NCBI GenBank assembly: GCA_040285745.1
Contig: JAUFOR010000008.1
Span: 434,001-498,000, forward strand
Origin: Barthelona sp. PCE
Taxonomy: Eukaryota
Length of the DNA: 64,000 nt
Direction: 5' to 3'
Below are positions 1 to 10,720 of this stretch, in pieces. Both the position numbers and the translations under genes were made by a program. The notes under the pieces are model-generated. The model searched no databases. It was not told the DNA's origin and saw nothing but the letters and a program-made list of their open reading frames with translations. Numbering within the stretch: the stretch's first letter is position 1; every line of letters begins with the position of its first letter.

Positions 1-2
1 GT

Positions 3-1454
3 CTTGAAGAATTATGTTTTAGTGAAAGTTTTGTCAATGTTTTGGAGCACTGTTCGACGCCCAAACTTAGGTTAAACATCACAGCTGTCAGTTATTACTC
101 TTGGCTTGCAGTGTTCGAGAAACCAATTCTTAATAAGGATATTTGCATTTTTGAGAGTCAGGTTGTTTCCACGGATGAGCACCTGTCAGATTTAATGGAT
201 AAGGTGCCAACTGGAACAGTTTTATTGACAGATTTGACAGAGATTGCTTATGTACTTAATTTACGTGGTTCTACTATTCCATTTATCCCTGTTTTTTATG
301 CTTACCTGATTATAGACATCACAAACAAGGAAATGATTCTCTTTGTTGATAGTGAAACTGAAATTCATGTTGATAGTAGTTTGTTTAAGGTTAATATTCG
401 TAGTTATTCGGAATTCGATGAAGAGTTTTGTCAAAATGTCAGCAGACCTCTCATTGGAATGACACCTTTACCTCTTAACATAGCTTCAAAGATTAAATTT
501 GATGCTAAAACTTCATCTGTTATTGCTCGAGATCAAGCAAGGAAATCAGTTAAGGAAGTAGAAAACATACAGGTCGCATGTATTATGGACTCTCTCAACA
601 TCGTTAGACTCATCAAGTGGATGAACGAGACCCCCTCAATTTCTGAGGTTACGATTTCAAAAAAAATGGAAGAATTTAGGAACCAACAACACTGTTACAA
701 AGGTCCATCATTTGAGACGATTGTTGGTTGTGATGCAAATGGAGCAATCATTCATTATCGTCCCACGGTTGAGACACAACTACCTGTTGTCGATGGGAGT
801 ATTGTACTGCTTGATACAGGTGCACATTACCCATTCGGAACAACAGATACATCGCGCACATTTTGTGTTGGAGAAAAAGTTGATGAGAGTGTTAAATTTG
901 CTTATACAAGTGTCTTAAAGGGTGTTATAGGAATGACCACACAGCAATTTCCAAAGGATACTTCACTGAAACAACTCGGAGCATTTTCGCGTTCAATTTT
1001 GTGGAACTATGGTTTAGATTTCAGACATGGTGTTTCACATGGTGTGGGGCTATATAACACAGTCCATGAACCTCTTGATGAAGTTAATGACCGTACACGG
1101 TATGGTGGACCAAGATTAGCGGAAGGTAATGTATTAACTATTGAGCCCGGTTATTATCAGAGTGATCCTTCAGTACGGTCCTTTGGAATCAGATTAGAGA
1201 ACATTGTCACTGTAGTCAAGGCTGATGAACACAAGACTGAGGGTTTAATTTTTCAGCAGGAGTTTTTAAAGTTCAAAACTCTTACCTTCGTTCCATATGA
1301 TCATAAGTTGATTGATTTTGAAAGACTGACAACACCTGAGATGCAATGGTTGAAGGATTATAATGAAATGTGTGTTGAAAAGCTCAGAACAGTCTCGAAT
1401 GACGAAAGTTTGTTTCATTTTTTGGAATCCTACGTTCAAATGCCTGAATTTTAA
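3..1454 (+). CDS. Xaa-Pro aminopeptidase (aminopeptidase P, M24B), 5'-partial
   Basis: Frame is open from base 3. Motifs IAYVLNLRG, SFETI..GAIIHY, LLDTGAHY..GTTDTSRT, HGVSHGVG..VHE, TIEPGYY, FGIRLEN. Confidence 0.92.
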   Translation, partial: LEELCFSESFVNVLEHCSTPKLRLNITAVSYYSWLAVFEKPILNKDICIFESQVVSTDEHLSDLMDKVPTGTVLLTDLTEIAYVLNLRGSTIPFIPVFYAYLIIDITNKEMILFVDSETEIHVDSSLFKVNIRSYSEFDEEFCQNVSRPLIGMTPLPLNIASKIKFDAKTSSVIARDQARKSVKEVENIQVACIMDSLNIVRLIKWMNETPSISEVTISKKMEEFRNQQHCYKGPSFETIVGCDANGAIIHYRPTVETQLPVVDGSIVLLDTGAHYPFGTTDTSRTFCVGEKVDESVKFAYTSVLKGVIGMTTQQFPKDTSLKQLGAFSRSILWNYGLDFRHGVSHGVGLYNTVHEPLDEVNDRTRYGGPRLAEGNVLTIEPGYYQSDPSVRSFGIRLENIVTVVKADEHKTEGLIFQQEFLKFKTLTFVPYDHKLIDFERLTTPEMQWLKDYNEMCVEKLRTVSNDESLFHFLESYVQMPEF

Positions 1455-1505
1455 TTTTATGAATTAATAAAAACTGATCTGATAATATCAATTAATTAGT
1501 ACTAT

Positions 1506-4500
1506 TTACAATAAATCAATTTTTAGTTGCTCAAAATTATGAAAAGAGTTATCCTTATCTTGTTCTTTGTTTTTAATAGATGAAATAAGTGCCTGTATGA
1601 AAACGTATGTTGAAGGTACACATGTTGCTGCAAAAGTTACGAAAGAAAAGTTATTCCAAACTTCAATCATCAGATTAGCCAGAATAAGCACAACTAAAAC
1701 TCTTGTAATAAGAGCATTCAGCTTATAGAAGGGTTTAGCGAATGCAATATACGTCATTAATGCGATTAAAAATATTAAATTTGGTACATTATCATGACAA
1801 ATATAACTAACAAAAACATAAAAGCTTCTACCAATCAATATTACAAACAAGAATTTGCGATAGTCGAACTCAGAAACGTTAATCTCTCTTATTTGAAGAT
1901 AACACCACACAAACATCAATAATAATGGAATTAAAAATGCTGCATAATATAGTTCATACCCTTCATCATATGTTAATGAATGCCATTTTCTTTCCATTAA
2001 TCCATATAAGTCTGGGGTGTAGAAAGGGAGATAATTGATGAGCGTTAGCTTGGCCATTGAAGGAAGTACAAAAAAATTGAAGGAAATTAAATTATTTCTG
2101 AAGAAAACTATCTCCTTTTTTCCAACTTTAGATCGTTTCCTGAATAATAAAAATACAAAAACAACACTAAAAAACGCAGAAAGAGGTTGTAAAATTAAAA
2201 CTAAATAAACTACCAACATTAAAAGCATTGCTTTTCTTGAATAATAAAAATACCATGCTAAAATAGCAAGTGAAGCGGCTAAAACTCTAAAAAAAACACC
2301 TAAAAACTTATCCATGATTAATACCTCAAACAAAAAGATGCAGCCAAGTAATTCTACAAAACTACACATCTTTTTTGGTACAAAAAAGAATAAAACAAAT
2401 AATATGTAATACGCAATATCAATTATAGGTAAAAGATTACTTAAAATAATGGAAAACACAGCAAATGGATTGAAAAACAATTTAGTTGCAAAAATGATTG
2501 AAAAATCATTTTGTAAAAACAAACTTTGACTATCAGAAGCAAATATCAATGGATAAATGACAAGAACAAAATCTTTAACAGTTGATAGAACTCTAAATGT
2601 ATCAAAATCAGTTACAATGGTTTCTTTCGGCAAAAAGATTGTCCATCTTATCTTTGACAATAAATTCCAGTTTTTAAGAATCAAAAATAGCAAAGCACAA
2701 TGGATGTAAAACACTAAAACAACTAAATGAATGTGTTTAATTGGAAATAACAAACAACCATATGAAATGGTTGAAAAGCCAAAATATGAAATGTCATCAA
2801 AATCTACAAAACCAATGCATTTGGTGCACCCTAAACCTTGGTGTCCAACAGCACAACCATTGTAATCTGTGACAGTGATGTTGTTAAGTTGGTAAATATC
2901 ATATCGGTCATCAGCACCATTGAATCCGTTCAGTGATAAACCACTAAGACCAGGCATGACTTGGCCACCGGTACAAAATGAATTCATACAGTCAATTAAG
3001 GTTACAGAATTATTAACTTGCACAATAAAATGACCATATGGAACATTATACATTGAACCTGTAATAGCATCAAGTTCAGTAAAAGACAAATGATCCAGTT
3101 TGGTATCTAGGTGACAATCATTACTGCTTTCAATTTCCAATTGTTGATATCCTGGTCTACATGGAATACATTCATTTTTATCAGGATCCCATCCAAAACC
3201 CATTCGACAAACAATTGGTGGTAGACTGTTGAAGAAAGTTGCTCCTGAATCATGGAATACAGTAACCCATAAATCATCATTCAAAATATCGTTGGTTTCC
3301 ATAGGATAAACAGCGAATTTATCGATTTCAAAAATATCCCAACTGAAAGGATTGTATGTAACAATCAGTACTTTAGTTTCCGTACTATATCCAAACACCA
3401 ATTCAAAATAGGATTCAGAAATTGTATTAATTCCAAACTTATTCACGTATCCTTTCACGCGAAATCCATTATTTGATCCCCCATTGCCAATGATACGATC
3501 TCCAACAATGGTAACATTCTGATATGAACGCATAATTGAGTGAGTATTGTAAATCATTAAGTTAACATTTGAACCATTAGTTGCAATAAATAAAGAATCT
3601 GTAATGTCGATAATAAGATACTTATCTCCATTAAAAATAGAAAACAAAGCATTATTTGTCATATTAACTTCAACATTTGCTATAGACATGTAAACATCAA
3701 TATTTGATGATATAATAAAACCCACAGCTTTCCCTTGTAGCTGAAAATTACAATCAACTATTTCTAATGAATGAATCTTTGAAGAAAACAAAAAATATGA
3801 AAATTCAGAATGTTGTATCTTAATTTTAAACAGTTCAACTTCAGTGTTGCTAAGAATGAAAGGTTTTAAAAGAAAAACACCTGTTGATGACGATCCAAAC
3901 ATGGAAAAATTCTTCAACTTAACATTATGTAATTCATCAGATGAAGAGACAAAAAGATGTTCAAAAACTGTATTAATTAATTTAACGTTACTTAAACCAA
4001 CCTTTGTTCCTCTTAAATACTCAGAAGTGATGCAAAACTGTTTAAACACAGAATTTATCACCGTTACATTTGTGAAAGAAAATTGAGTATTTCCCAGCAC
4101 ACGAATGCTTTGAAAAATTGGGACATTGATATTAAAATCTATAATCTCAATATTAAACACTCTCATATCTGCATGCTTAAAAATTGACTGAATTACTGCA
4201 TTTCCCGTACAATTATGTATAAAAATTGTATCAATCAAATTAATCTCAATTGGATGCGTAAATACTGAATGCCTGAATGATACGTTATTAAGTTGAAAAG
4301 CCACTATAGGCATTATAATATCTGATTCGAAATACGTTACATTAGTAACGCTACCTTTAATTCCAAGTTTTTCCTTTTTATACGTGGTTGACGATGTAAC
4401 ATTCCAATACTCAACATTAGTAATTTCATACTCTTGAACACCAATTGGATAAAGCGGTGCGTTGACATTATCCAATTGAATATCCCTGTACTTAACGTTA

Positions 4501-5474
4501 CTAATGCACATATCCCTTATGGAACTTTGAACCGAAATACCCCAATGAATGTAAAAATGATCAAACACTGAATTCATAACCATTAGTTCAATAATATGAC
4601 TGTTTGTCAATGTTACAACAGCATTTCTTTCAAACAAATGCATATCATCGAACAATAATTCATCAATAACTAACTCACTAACATACAATGCATTTAACAC
4701 AGAATTCGAAACTTTAAATAGTTTCACTGATTTAACATTATTTGAGCCTGACCGAAGGAACATATTACCCAGAACATTGACATTTGTAATACTAACATTG
4801 CACATCATATCAATACCAATGTTCATGGTTTCTGCAATCATATCTCGAATAACAATTGATGTACTCATGAATTCTCCAGCAAATTTGACAACATTACCTT
4901 CTAATTCAACTTCATCAGCCTCAATTTTAGATAGGTCTGTCTCTATATTAACACTGAAAAAATGTAAGTGATCAGCGTTGCGGATGTCAAGTTTCTTCTC
5001 AAATGAACATTCTTGTGCATAGATGCTACTCAACAACGCATGGAAATTGTTGAAAGTTGAGTTGTGTAGTTTGGCTATTGAAGTTATGTAATTTTGAAGT
5101 TGATTACTAAATACAGTGGAGTCTGTTACAGTTAGCGTTTCTTTAATCATAAACGTTTGTTCTGCTGATGTCAACCGTAAGGATGAGCGTGATACGGTCA
5201 TGTTTTCAAACACAGTTGATTGCGAAGAGGAAATTTTAACTTCAAGTTCAATATTGCAGTTATCAATCGTCAACCAGGCGCTATTCACCGGTGAATCCCA
5301 CATTATCGACACATGTTCACCTTCAAACATATCCCTGATTAAATTTTCCCCTTCTACAACTACGATTACGAGATTATTCACTTCTGTTGTCAAAAAGACT
5401 GTACCATTTGCATTGGACGCGCTGTTCGCCACAAATAGCCCAATTATTAGGACAAAAAGTGTCCAATATCCCAT
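1506..5474 (-). CDS. large multi-pass membrane protein: signal peptide, beta-helix-like ectodomain, Cys-rich segment, C-terminal TM bundle
   Basis: 1322-aa ORF with a hydrophobic N-terminus, N/V/I/F-rich repetitive ectodomain, CRMGFGW..CIPCRPGY and CAVGHQGLGCTKC, then many hydrophobic segments. Paralogous to 5531-9717. Confidence 0.8.
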   Translation of the reverse strand: MGYWTLFVLIIGLFVANSASNANGTVFLTTEVNNLVIVVVEGENLIRDMFEGEHVSIMWDSPVNSAWLTIDNCNIELEVKISSSQSTVFENMTVSRSSLRLTSAEQTFMIKETLTVTDSTVFSNQLQNYITSIAKLHNSTFNNFHALLSSIYAQECSFEKKLDIRNADHLHFFSVNIETDLSKIEADEVELEGNVVKFAGEFMSTSIVIRDMIAETMNIGIDMMCNVSITNVNVLGNMFLRSGSNNVKSVKLFKVSNSVLNALYVSELVIDELLFDDMHLFERNAVVTLTNSHIIELMVMNSVFDHFYIHWGISVQSSIRDMCISNVKYRDIQLDNVNAPLYPIGVQEYEITNVEYWNVTSSTTYKKEKLGIKGSVTNVTYFESDIIMPIVAFQLNNVSFRHSVFTHPIEINLIDTIFIHNCTGNAVIQSIFKHADMRVFNIEIIDFNINVPIFQSIRVLGNTQFSFTNVTVINSVFKQFCITSEYLRGTKVGLSNVKLINTVFEHLFVSSSDELHNVKLKNFSMFGSSSTGVFLLKPFILSNTEVELFKIKIQHSEFSYFLFSSKIHSLEIVDCNFQLQGKAVGFIISSNIDVYMSIANVEVNMTNNALFSIFNGDKYLIIDITDSLFIATNGSNVNLMIYNTHSIMRSYQNVTIVGDRIIGNGGSNNGFRVKGYVNKFGINTISESYFELVFGYSTETKVLIVTYNPFSWDIFEIDKFAVYPMETNDILNDDLWVTVFHDSGATFFNSLPPIVCRMGFGWDPDKNECIPCRPGYQQLEIESSNDCHLDTKLDHLSFTELDAITGSMYNVPYGHFIVQVNNSVTLIDCMNSFCTGGQVMPGLSGLSLNGFNGADDRYDIYQLNNITVTDYNGCAVGHQGLGCTKCIGFVDFDDISYFGFSTISYGCLLFPIKHIHLVVLVFYIHCALLFLILKNWNLLSKIRWTIFLPKETIVTDFDTFRVLSTVKDFVLVIYPLIFASDSQSLFLQNDFSIIFATKLFFNPFAVFSIILSNLLPIIDIAYYILFVLFFFVPKKMCSFVELLGCIFLFEVLIMDKFLGVFFRVLAASLAILAWYFYYSRKAMLLMLVVYLVLILQPLSAFFSVVFVFLLFRKRSKVGKKEIVFFRNNLISFNFFVLPSMAKLTLINYLPFYTPDLYGLMERKWHSLTYDEGYELYYAAFLIPLLLMFVWCYLQIREINVSEFDYRKFLFVILIGRSFYVFVSYICHDNVPNLIFLIALMTYIAFAKPFYKLNALITRVLVVLILANLMIEVWNNFSFVTFAATCVPSTYVFIQALISSIKNKEQDKDNSFHNFEQLKIDLL

Positions 5475-5530
5475 AAATATGGATGAAAAAAGTTTTTCAA
5501 TTCAATAAAACTATTATTTACATATTAGAA

Positions 5531-7003
5531 TTAGAACTGTTCTAATAGGAATGGATCACCGTTCTTGGCATATCTTTTAGATCGTGAAATCATTATTAAA
5601 CCATTAAAAACAAACACTAAACATGGTAACACCACAATAAGAGACATTTGTAAATCATATTTAAAGAAAAAGCCTGAAACTACGCTGAAAAAGGTAACAA
5701 AAAATGATATTCGCAGCATCAGGTTATTGATTGTTTTGAAGGGTTTTGTAAACTGCACATATGTAAGAAGACTCAACAGAAATATGTAATTCGGCAGGTA
5801 ATCATGCACTATATATGACAGGAACGTATACAGAGATCTGCCTATTACTAGGATGAATATAAAGAGATCATAACCAGTTTTGCTTGCATCACCAGTTTTT
5901 GTGAGCTTACGAGCAACGGAATAGCTCATGAAGCAAAAAAGTATTATTAATACGATAAGAACAACTCTGTAACTGTTGTAAGGATTTTCAAAGTCCACAA
6001 TTGAATGATAGCCACTAAGATTACTAAGGCCATAAATGTCACTAAACTTGACGGGCACCGCAACAAGCAGGATTCCTTTGAAAATATACGGGAGGAAATA
6101 GTAATTAAGACCAGTCATGACGCTGACTTTGGGCTTCCTTACAATCACAAACATAAGTATCACAACAAACATAATACTACATGTATAAGTCAGTCCTCCA
6201 CGAGAGTCCCACCATAACAGTGAGAATGCAAACGGTGCAATCAACAAGAAAAAAGAAGAAAGTGCGTTTAATTGGTAGTCTGTTGCAAGGATGATGAGAA
6301 AAACTGTTGCAAAAGCACCCCATATTAACATTTCCCAAAGTGATTCTCGTGAAACGAAAACCAAAACAAACGCTGGCAAAAGAATAAAAAGAAAATGAGT
6401 AGCTTTTTTGCTTGTGAGATAGTTTAGGAACGAATAAAAGAAACCAACCATGTAAAATACTGATATAAAAGTTGTCAAAACAAGACTACTTCCCCATTTA
6501 AAGTCGATTGCCATGCAAACTGTTGCAAGAGGATTAATCAACAGCGAAAGGAAGGCACGGATTCCTGTTTTCGATTGTATAATAGTGTCGAACGAATCTG
6601 TATTGAACACAAGCGGCCAGAGAACGAGCATGTAGTCCTTTACGATGGACATGAGACTGAATACCTCAAAATCAGTAATGTGCAGATCGTTATCATCCCG
6701 TTTGCCAACAATGGAAAGCCATGGGATACGCTGCAGCACATGGTAGTACTTGATTCCCAGAGCCAGCAGTATTAGTTGGATCGGAAGTACAAAATAGGCG
6801 AGATTACGGTGCTTTTCACGAACAAGAATACACCCCTGTGTTAAGAAGTTGTAAAATCCCTGATACATATCATCCTTGATCATCAAACGATTCACGCATT
6901 CGGTACACGCTGTCCCATGATGGCCTAACGCACATCCTGAAACTTCATAAATGAATTTGTCGCTATATCTGTACACATCAAATTCTGCACTGGGAACATG
7001 CAT
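5531..7003 (-). CDS. C-terminal (Cys-rich + multi-TM) part of the frameshifted paralogue spanning 5531-9717
   Basis: CALGHHGTACTEC, TDFEVFSLMSIVKDY and IGRSLYTFLSYIVHD match the C-terminal half of 1506-5474. The frame extends upstream to the T-run at 7054-7057. Confidence 0.75.
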   Translation of the reverse strand: MHVPSAEFDVYRYSDKFIYEVSGCALGHHGTACTECVNRLMIKDDMYQGFYNFLTQGCILVREKHRNLAYFVLPIQLILLALGIKYYHVLQRIPWLSIVGKRDDNDLHITDFEVFSLMSIVKDYMLVLWPLVFNTDSFDTIIQSKTGIRAFLSLLINPLATVCMAIDFKWGSSLVLTTFISVFYMVGFFYSFLNYLTSKKATHFLFILLPAFVLVFVSRESLWEMLIWGAFATVFLIILATDYQLNALSSFFLLIAPFAFSLLWWDSRGGLTYTCSIMFVVILMFVIVRKPKVSVMTGLNYYFLPYIFKGILLVAVPVKFSDIYGLSNLSGYHSIVDFENPYNSYRVVLIVLIILFCFMSYSVARKLTKTGDASKTGYDLFIFILVIGRSLYTFLSYIVHDYLPNYIFLLSLLTYVQFTKPFKTINNLMLRISFFVTFFSVVSGFFFKYDLQMSLIVVLPCLVFVFNGLIMISRSKRYAKNGDPFLLEQF

Positions 7004-7035
7004 GTTGTAAAATGATTTTCCACTGAGGCCTGCTT

Positions 7036-9717
7036 CTACAAGAAGACCGGTGCAAAAGAGTTCATACAGTCCATGAGGTACGTCGTGTTATCGCTCTCAA
7101 CAATGAAATTTCCTGGGTCAACTGAGTACATAGTACCCGATAACCGAACACGTAGGAAGTCGCTCTGCAAGTTTTCAGCCGTGAAGCATTGCGGCTCATT
7201 AGAAAGTTGGAACTGATAATGCCCTGATGAACATCCAATACAAGTCCGATCGAATTTATCAAAGCCGTATCCAGCCTTACAGTATGTATTCTCTGTCAAA
7301 GATCGGGTCACAAGCCCGTTTGCGTCAAAAATCGAAATCATCAAACCTGGATAATCGATAAGATCGATGTCAATACTGAGCAGCGCAGTTGGAACATTCC
7401 ACAGTTTCGTATGATTTAAAGAGAACGAAGGACGTGTCATGTACACGATCTCCCACGGTTGATCAATGGCCTGCCTACTGTGTGCACCAAAAACAACCGA
7501 CACGTGTCCTTCAAGAAGTGTGTTGATACCAACCCGTCTTGTGTATGCTTCATACAGAATCTCGCGTGAATCATCACATCCAAAGCAGTGCAGTGACTGT
7601 ACCCGATCAACAATGGACTGACTTTGTTCTGTCAGGAAAAGATAGCTCACAGAAGCAATTTTGCGTTGAGTTTCGAACAAACTGTTCTCAATTGTTTCAA
7701 AGATGGCTTCTTTTAAATACATTAACGATTGGAAACCATCGCATATCTGTGTGTCACGCACTGTTACATATCGGAACGAGTACTCAAAGCTTGCATGCCA
7801 AGAATCCTCCAATATGAGAATAGAATTACTGTCCATGGTAACTGTGGTATTGAAAAGTGAAACTGAAGCATATTTTTCTGTGCTTGAAAGCAGAAGAAAT
7901 ACACTTTGCTTCTGGAAAACAACTGAAATATTCGTCAAATTAATTGCTGTGACATTACCTTCCACATTAAAAAATACATCAGCTGAAACATCAATGGAAA
8001 CGTTGGTTATTGAAACAGGTGCTACACTGGATGCAATAATAAACGCAGATTTCATTTTGGAATCAGAAATTAAAAAATCACTGATAACTAAATTTCCTAA
8101 ACCAGTTTGAAGCGACATATCTAAAACTCCATATCCATCAAAACCTGATATGTCAATGTCTTGTAAAAAGACTAATTCATATCCTCCACAATAAGCAAAC
8201 ATTGAAAAGAGGTATCCTTCAATATAAACATTAAAAAATTTCAGATTATTTGGGTTAAACTCATATCCACTTTGCTCTTCTCGAATAACAAACAAATTGT
8301 TGGGGCTTTTGATGTTTGAAAATGTACAATTGATCAATTTTGAAAAATGTTCAACAGCAAAGAATGATTCTTGACTTTTTTCAAAAACTACATTATCAAA
8401 AATATTATCTTTAAATACACCTAATACAATACTTTTATCAATTCTAAGACCATAAAACTCACTCCTAAACACACTCACACCATGATTAGTAATGGAACCA
8501 ACTATAACAAAATCACTCTCAAAAAACTTACAATCATTTATGTAAATCCTATAACTGAGCTGCATACCCAATGGCATTGATGTTAATGTGATATTTTTAA
8601 AAACTGAATACATTAATTTGACCTGATTAGCATTATGTATCAAAGAAAATCCTACATTATACAAGGGTTTGTTTGTTATGTAATCAATATCTTTAACAAT
8701 ACAATTATCTAACACGAAATAATCAATTGTCATTGATCCCACTTCGTTTCCATCATAAATGGTTAAAAATTGATTGGTGAAATTAGAATTACTGATTGTG
8801 AAATGTACAATATATGATTTTCCACCTATTCCCACAGAGGTACCATTACCATGCAAGTGTGAAAATCTCATATCTGACATTGATAAAGTTGAGATAACAA
8901 TATTGGCAAACCACAATTGAGTAAAATCACTTGAATGAAAAATAACTTTTTCAATATTAGCCACACTTCCAGAATGAAAAAACAAACCTTTAAATATACT
9001 ATTCATAACCTTCACTGAACTCACATCTTCTGCATAAATAGTACATTCATTGTGAATAATCAAACTATCCAATTCTATTTTCCTTGAATTTTTGAAATGT
9101 AATTTTAAGTCTAAGTGATTCAAGTCTCTAACATGAATAAACGTTGAATGTATCTCTGTCCATGAGTATTCCGTAAAGGATTTTGGTGAAATCAATGAAA
9201 AATATGAATTAATAATCTCCGTCTTAAACCAAAAATCACCAAAATTTGCAATTTTGTAAAATGTACCTTTCATGAAATTAATGAATTTAACTTCTCCATA
9301 AATGTGCACATCGTGGAATTCCACGCTGGAATCTGTACTATCTGTCCCTATGATGAAATCTGAAACTGATGAATTGATGAAACTGACAAATTTTGAAAAT
9401 ATGAGCGGCATTCGATCGGAATCTAATATACAAATGAATCTTACACTTGAATTTTCAATTGATATACTGGAAAACTGCAGAACATCAAAATTTCGCTGCA
9501 AAAATGAGACGGTGATGTTACTATCAACAAATAATAATGAGTATTGCTCACTTCCCTCTTCTCTATTGATCTTTAAAGTACAATCATCCTGTAATTGTGA
9601 GAAGGTGTTGAGGCCTGGTAATAAATCTATAACTTCTTCATCAAAGCAACTTTTTCCCTGCACAAATACCACAAAAACTATAAAAAGAAGGACTGAACGT
9701 TGCAAAAATTTGCCCAT
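7036..9717 (-). CDS. N-terminal ectodomain part of the frameshifted paralogue spanning 5531-9717
   Basis: Signal peptide, beta-helix-like repeats, CKAGYGFD..CIGCSSGHY, and DCMNSF identical to the upstream paralogue just before the frameshift. Confidence 0.75.
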   Translation of the reverse strand: MGKFLQRSVLLFIVFVVFVQGKSCFDEEVIDLLPGLNTFSQLQDDCTLKINREEGSEQYSLLFVDSNITVSFLQRNFDVLQFSSISIENSSVRFICILDSDRMPLIFSKFVSFINSSVSDFIIGTDSTDSSVEFHDVHIYGEVKFINFMKGTFYKIANFGDFWFKTEIINSYFSLISPKSFTEYSWTEIHSTFIHVRDLNHLDLKLHFKNSRKIELDSLIIHNECTIYAEDVSSVKVMNSIFKGLFFHSGSVANIEKVIFHSSDFTQLWFANIVISTLSMSDMRFSHLHGNGTSVGIGGKSYIVHFTISNSNFTNQFLTIYDGNEVGSMTIDYFVLDNCIVKDIDYITNKPLYNVGFSLIHNANQVKLMYSVFKNITLTSMPLGMQLSYRIYINDCKFFESDFVIVGSITNHGVSVFRSEFYGLRIDKSIVLGVFKDNIFDNVVFEKSQESFFAVEHFSKLINCTFSNIKSPNNLFVIREEQSGYEFNPNNLKFFNVYIEGYLFSMFAYCGGYELVFLQDIDISGFDGYGVLDMSLQTGLGNLVISDFLISDSKMKSAFIIASSVAPVSITNVSIDVSADVFFNVEGNVTAINLTNISVVFQKQSVFLLLSSTEKYASVSLFNTTVTMDSNSILILEDSWHASFEYSFRYVTVRDTQICDGFQSLMYLKEAIFETIENSLFETQRKIASVSYLFLTEQSQSIVDRVQSLHCFGCDDSREILYEAYTRRVGINTLLEGHVSVVFGAHSRQAIDQPWEIVYMTRPSFSLNHTKLWNVPTALLSIDIDLIDYPGLMISIFDANGLVTRSLTENTYCKAGYGFDKFDRTCIGCSSGHYQFQLSNEPQCFTAENLQSDFLRVRLSGTMYSVDPGNFIVESDNTTYLMDCMNSFAPVFL

Positions 9718-9887
9718 TATGATGAGAAATGTGAAAACAACTTATCACAGAAAAGTATCCAACTTACTGTACATTTTCATATTTGCCATGGTGTATACAA
9801 CGTGCATAGAAAGTAACTCAGCTGAAAAATGTTCTTAAGCTCATATCCAAATTTTTTACCTTACACATTTTGATAAGACATATACAA

Positions 9888-10718
9888 ATGCCTGGAACAC
9901 TTTCATTTGTTGGACTGGGCCTCGGGGGCAAAGAAGACATTACTGTTGCCGCACTCAAAGCTGTGCAAGCTTCTGATGTTATCTTCTTAGAAAACTATAC
10001 TAGCATCTTTATGTCAACTCCTGTCGAGGAGTTAGAGGAATTTTACGGAAAGAAAATTACCGTAGCATATCGTGACGATGTTGAACAAGATGACAACGAA
10101 ATTGTTCGCGCTGCTGAGACGGGTAAGGTATCGCTACTTGTTGTAGGAGATCCTTTCTGCGCAACCACACACTCAGATATGTACTTGAGGTGCCGTGAGA
10201 AGGGTATCACAGTTAATGTCTTCCATAACGCATCAATCATGAATGCTGTTGCTGCCACTGGTCTTCAACTTTACAACTTCGGTAAGACTATCTCAATTCC
10301 ATACTGGGAGGATAATTGGAAGCCTACATCATTTTATGATAAGTTAGGTGCTAACATCAGCATTGGATTACACACTCTGTGTCTTCTTGACATTAAGGTT
10401 CGTGAACTGACGATGGAAGCGTTGTGTATGGGTCGTAAGGAGTACCGTCCTCCAACATACATGACGGTTAACGAGGCTCTTGAATGTTTAATGAAAATTG
10501 AGGATGATAAAAAGGAAGGTCTGATCAAAAAGGATACAGTTATTGTTGGTGTTGCCCGCCTTGGTTACCCTGATGCACATATTTATGCTGGTTATCCTGA
10601 CCAGGTAATAGATCATGATTTTGGCGGTCCCTTACATTGTATGATAATTGTAGGTGCTGAAGTTCACGATTTGGAATTAGACATGCTTAAAATGTTCGGA
10701 TTTGAACCACGGGAGTAA
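9888..10718 (+). CDS. DPH5: diphthine methyl ester synthase
   Basis: FVGLGLG, FLENYTS, LLVVGDPFCATTHSD, HNASIMNAV, GLQLYNFG, HTLCLLDIK, DFGGPLH. ATG at 9888. Confidence 0.96.
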   Translation: MPGTLSFVGLGLGGKEDITVAALKAVQASDVIFLENYTSIFMSTPVEELEEFYGKKITVAYRDDVEQDDNEIVRAAETGKVSLLVVGDPFCATTHSDMYLRCREKGITVNVFHNASIMNAVAATGLQLYNFGKTISIPYWEDNWKPTSFYDKLGANISIGLHTLCLLDIKVRELTMEALCMGRKEYRPPTYMTVNEALECLMKIEDDKKEGLIKKDTVIVGVARLGYPDAHIYAGYPDQVIDHDFGGPLHCMIIVGAEVHDLELDMLKMFGFEPRE

Positions 10719-10720
10719 AT

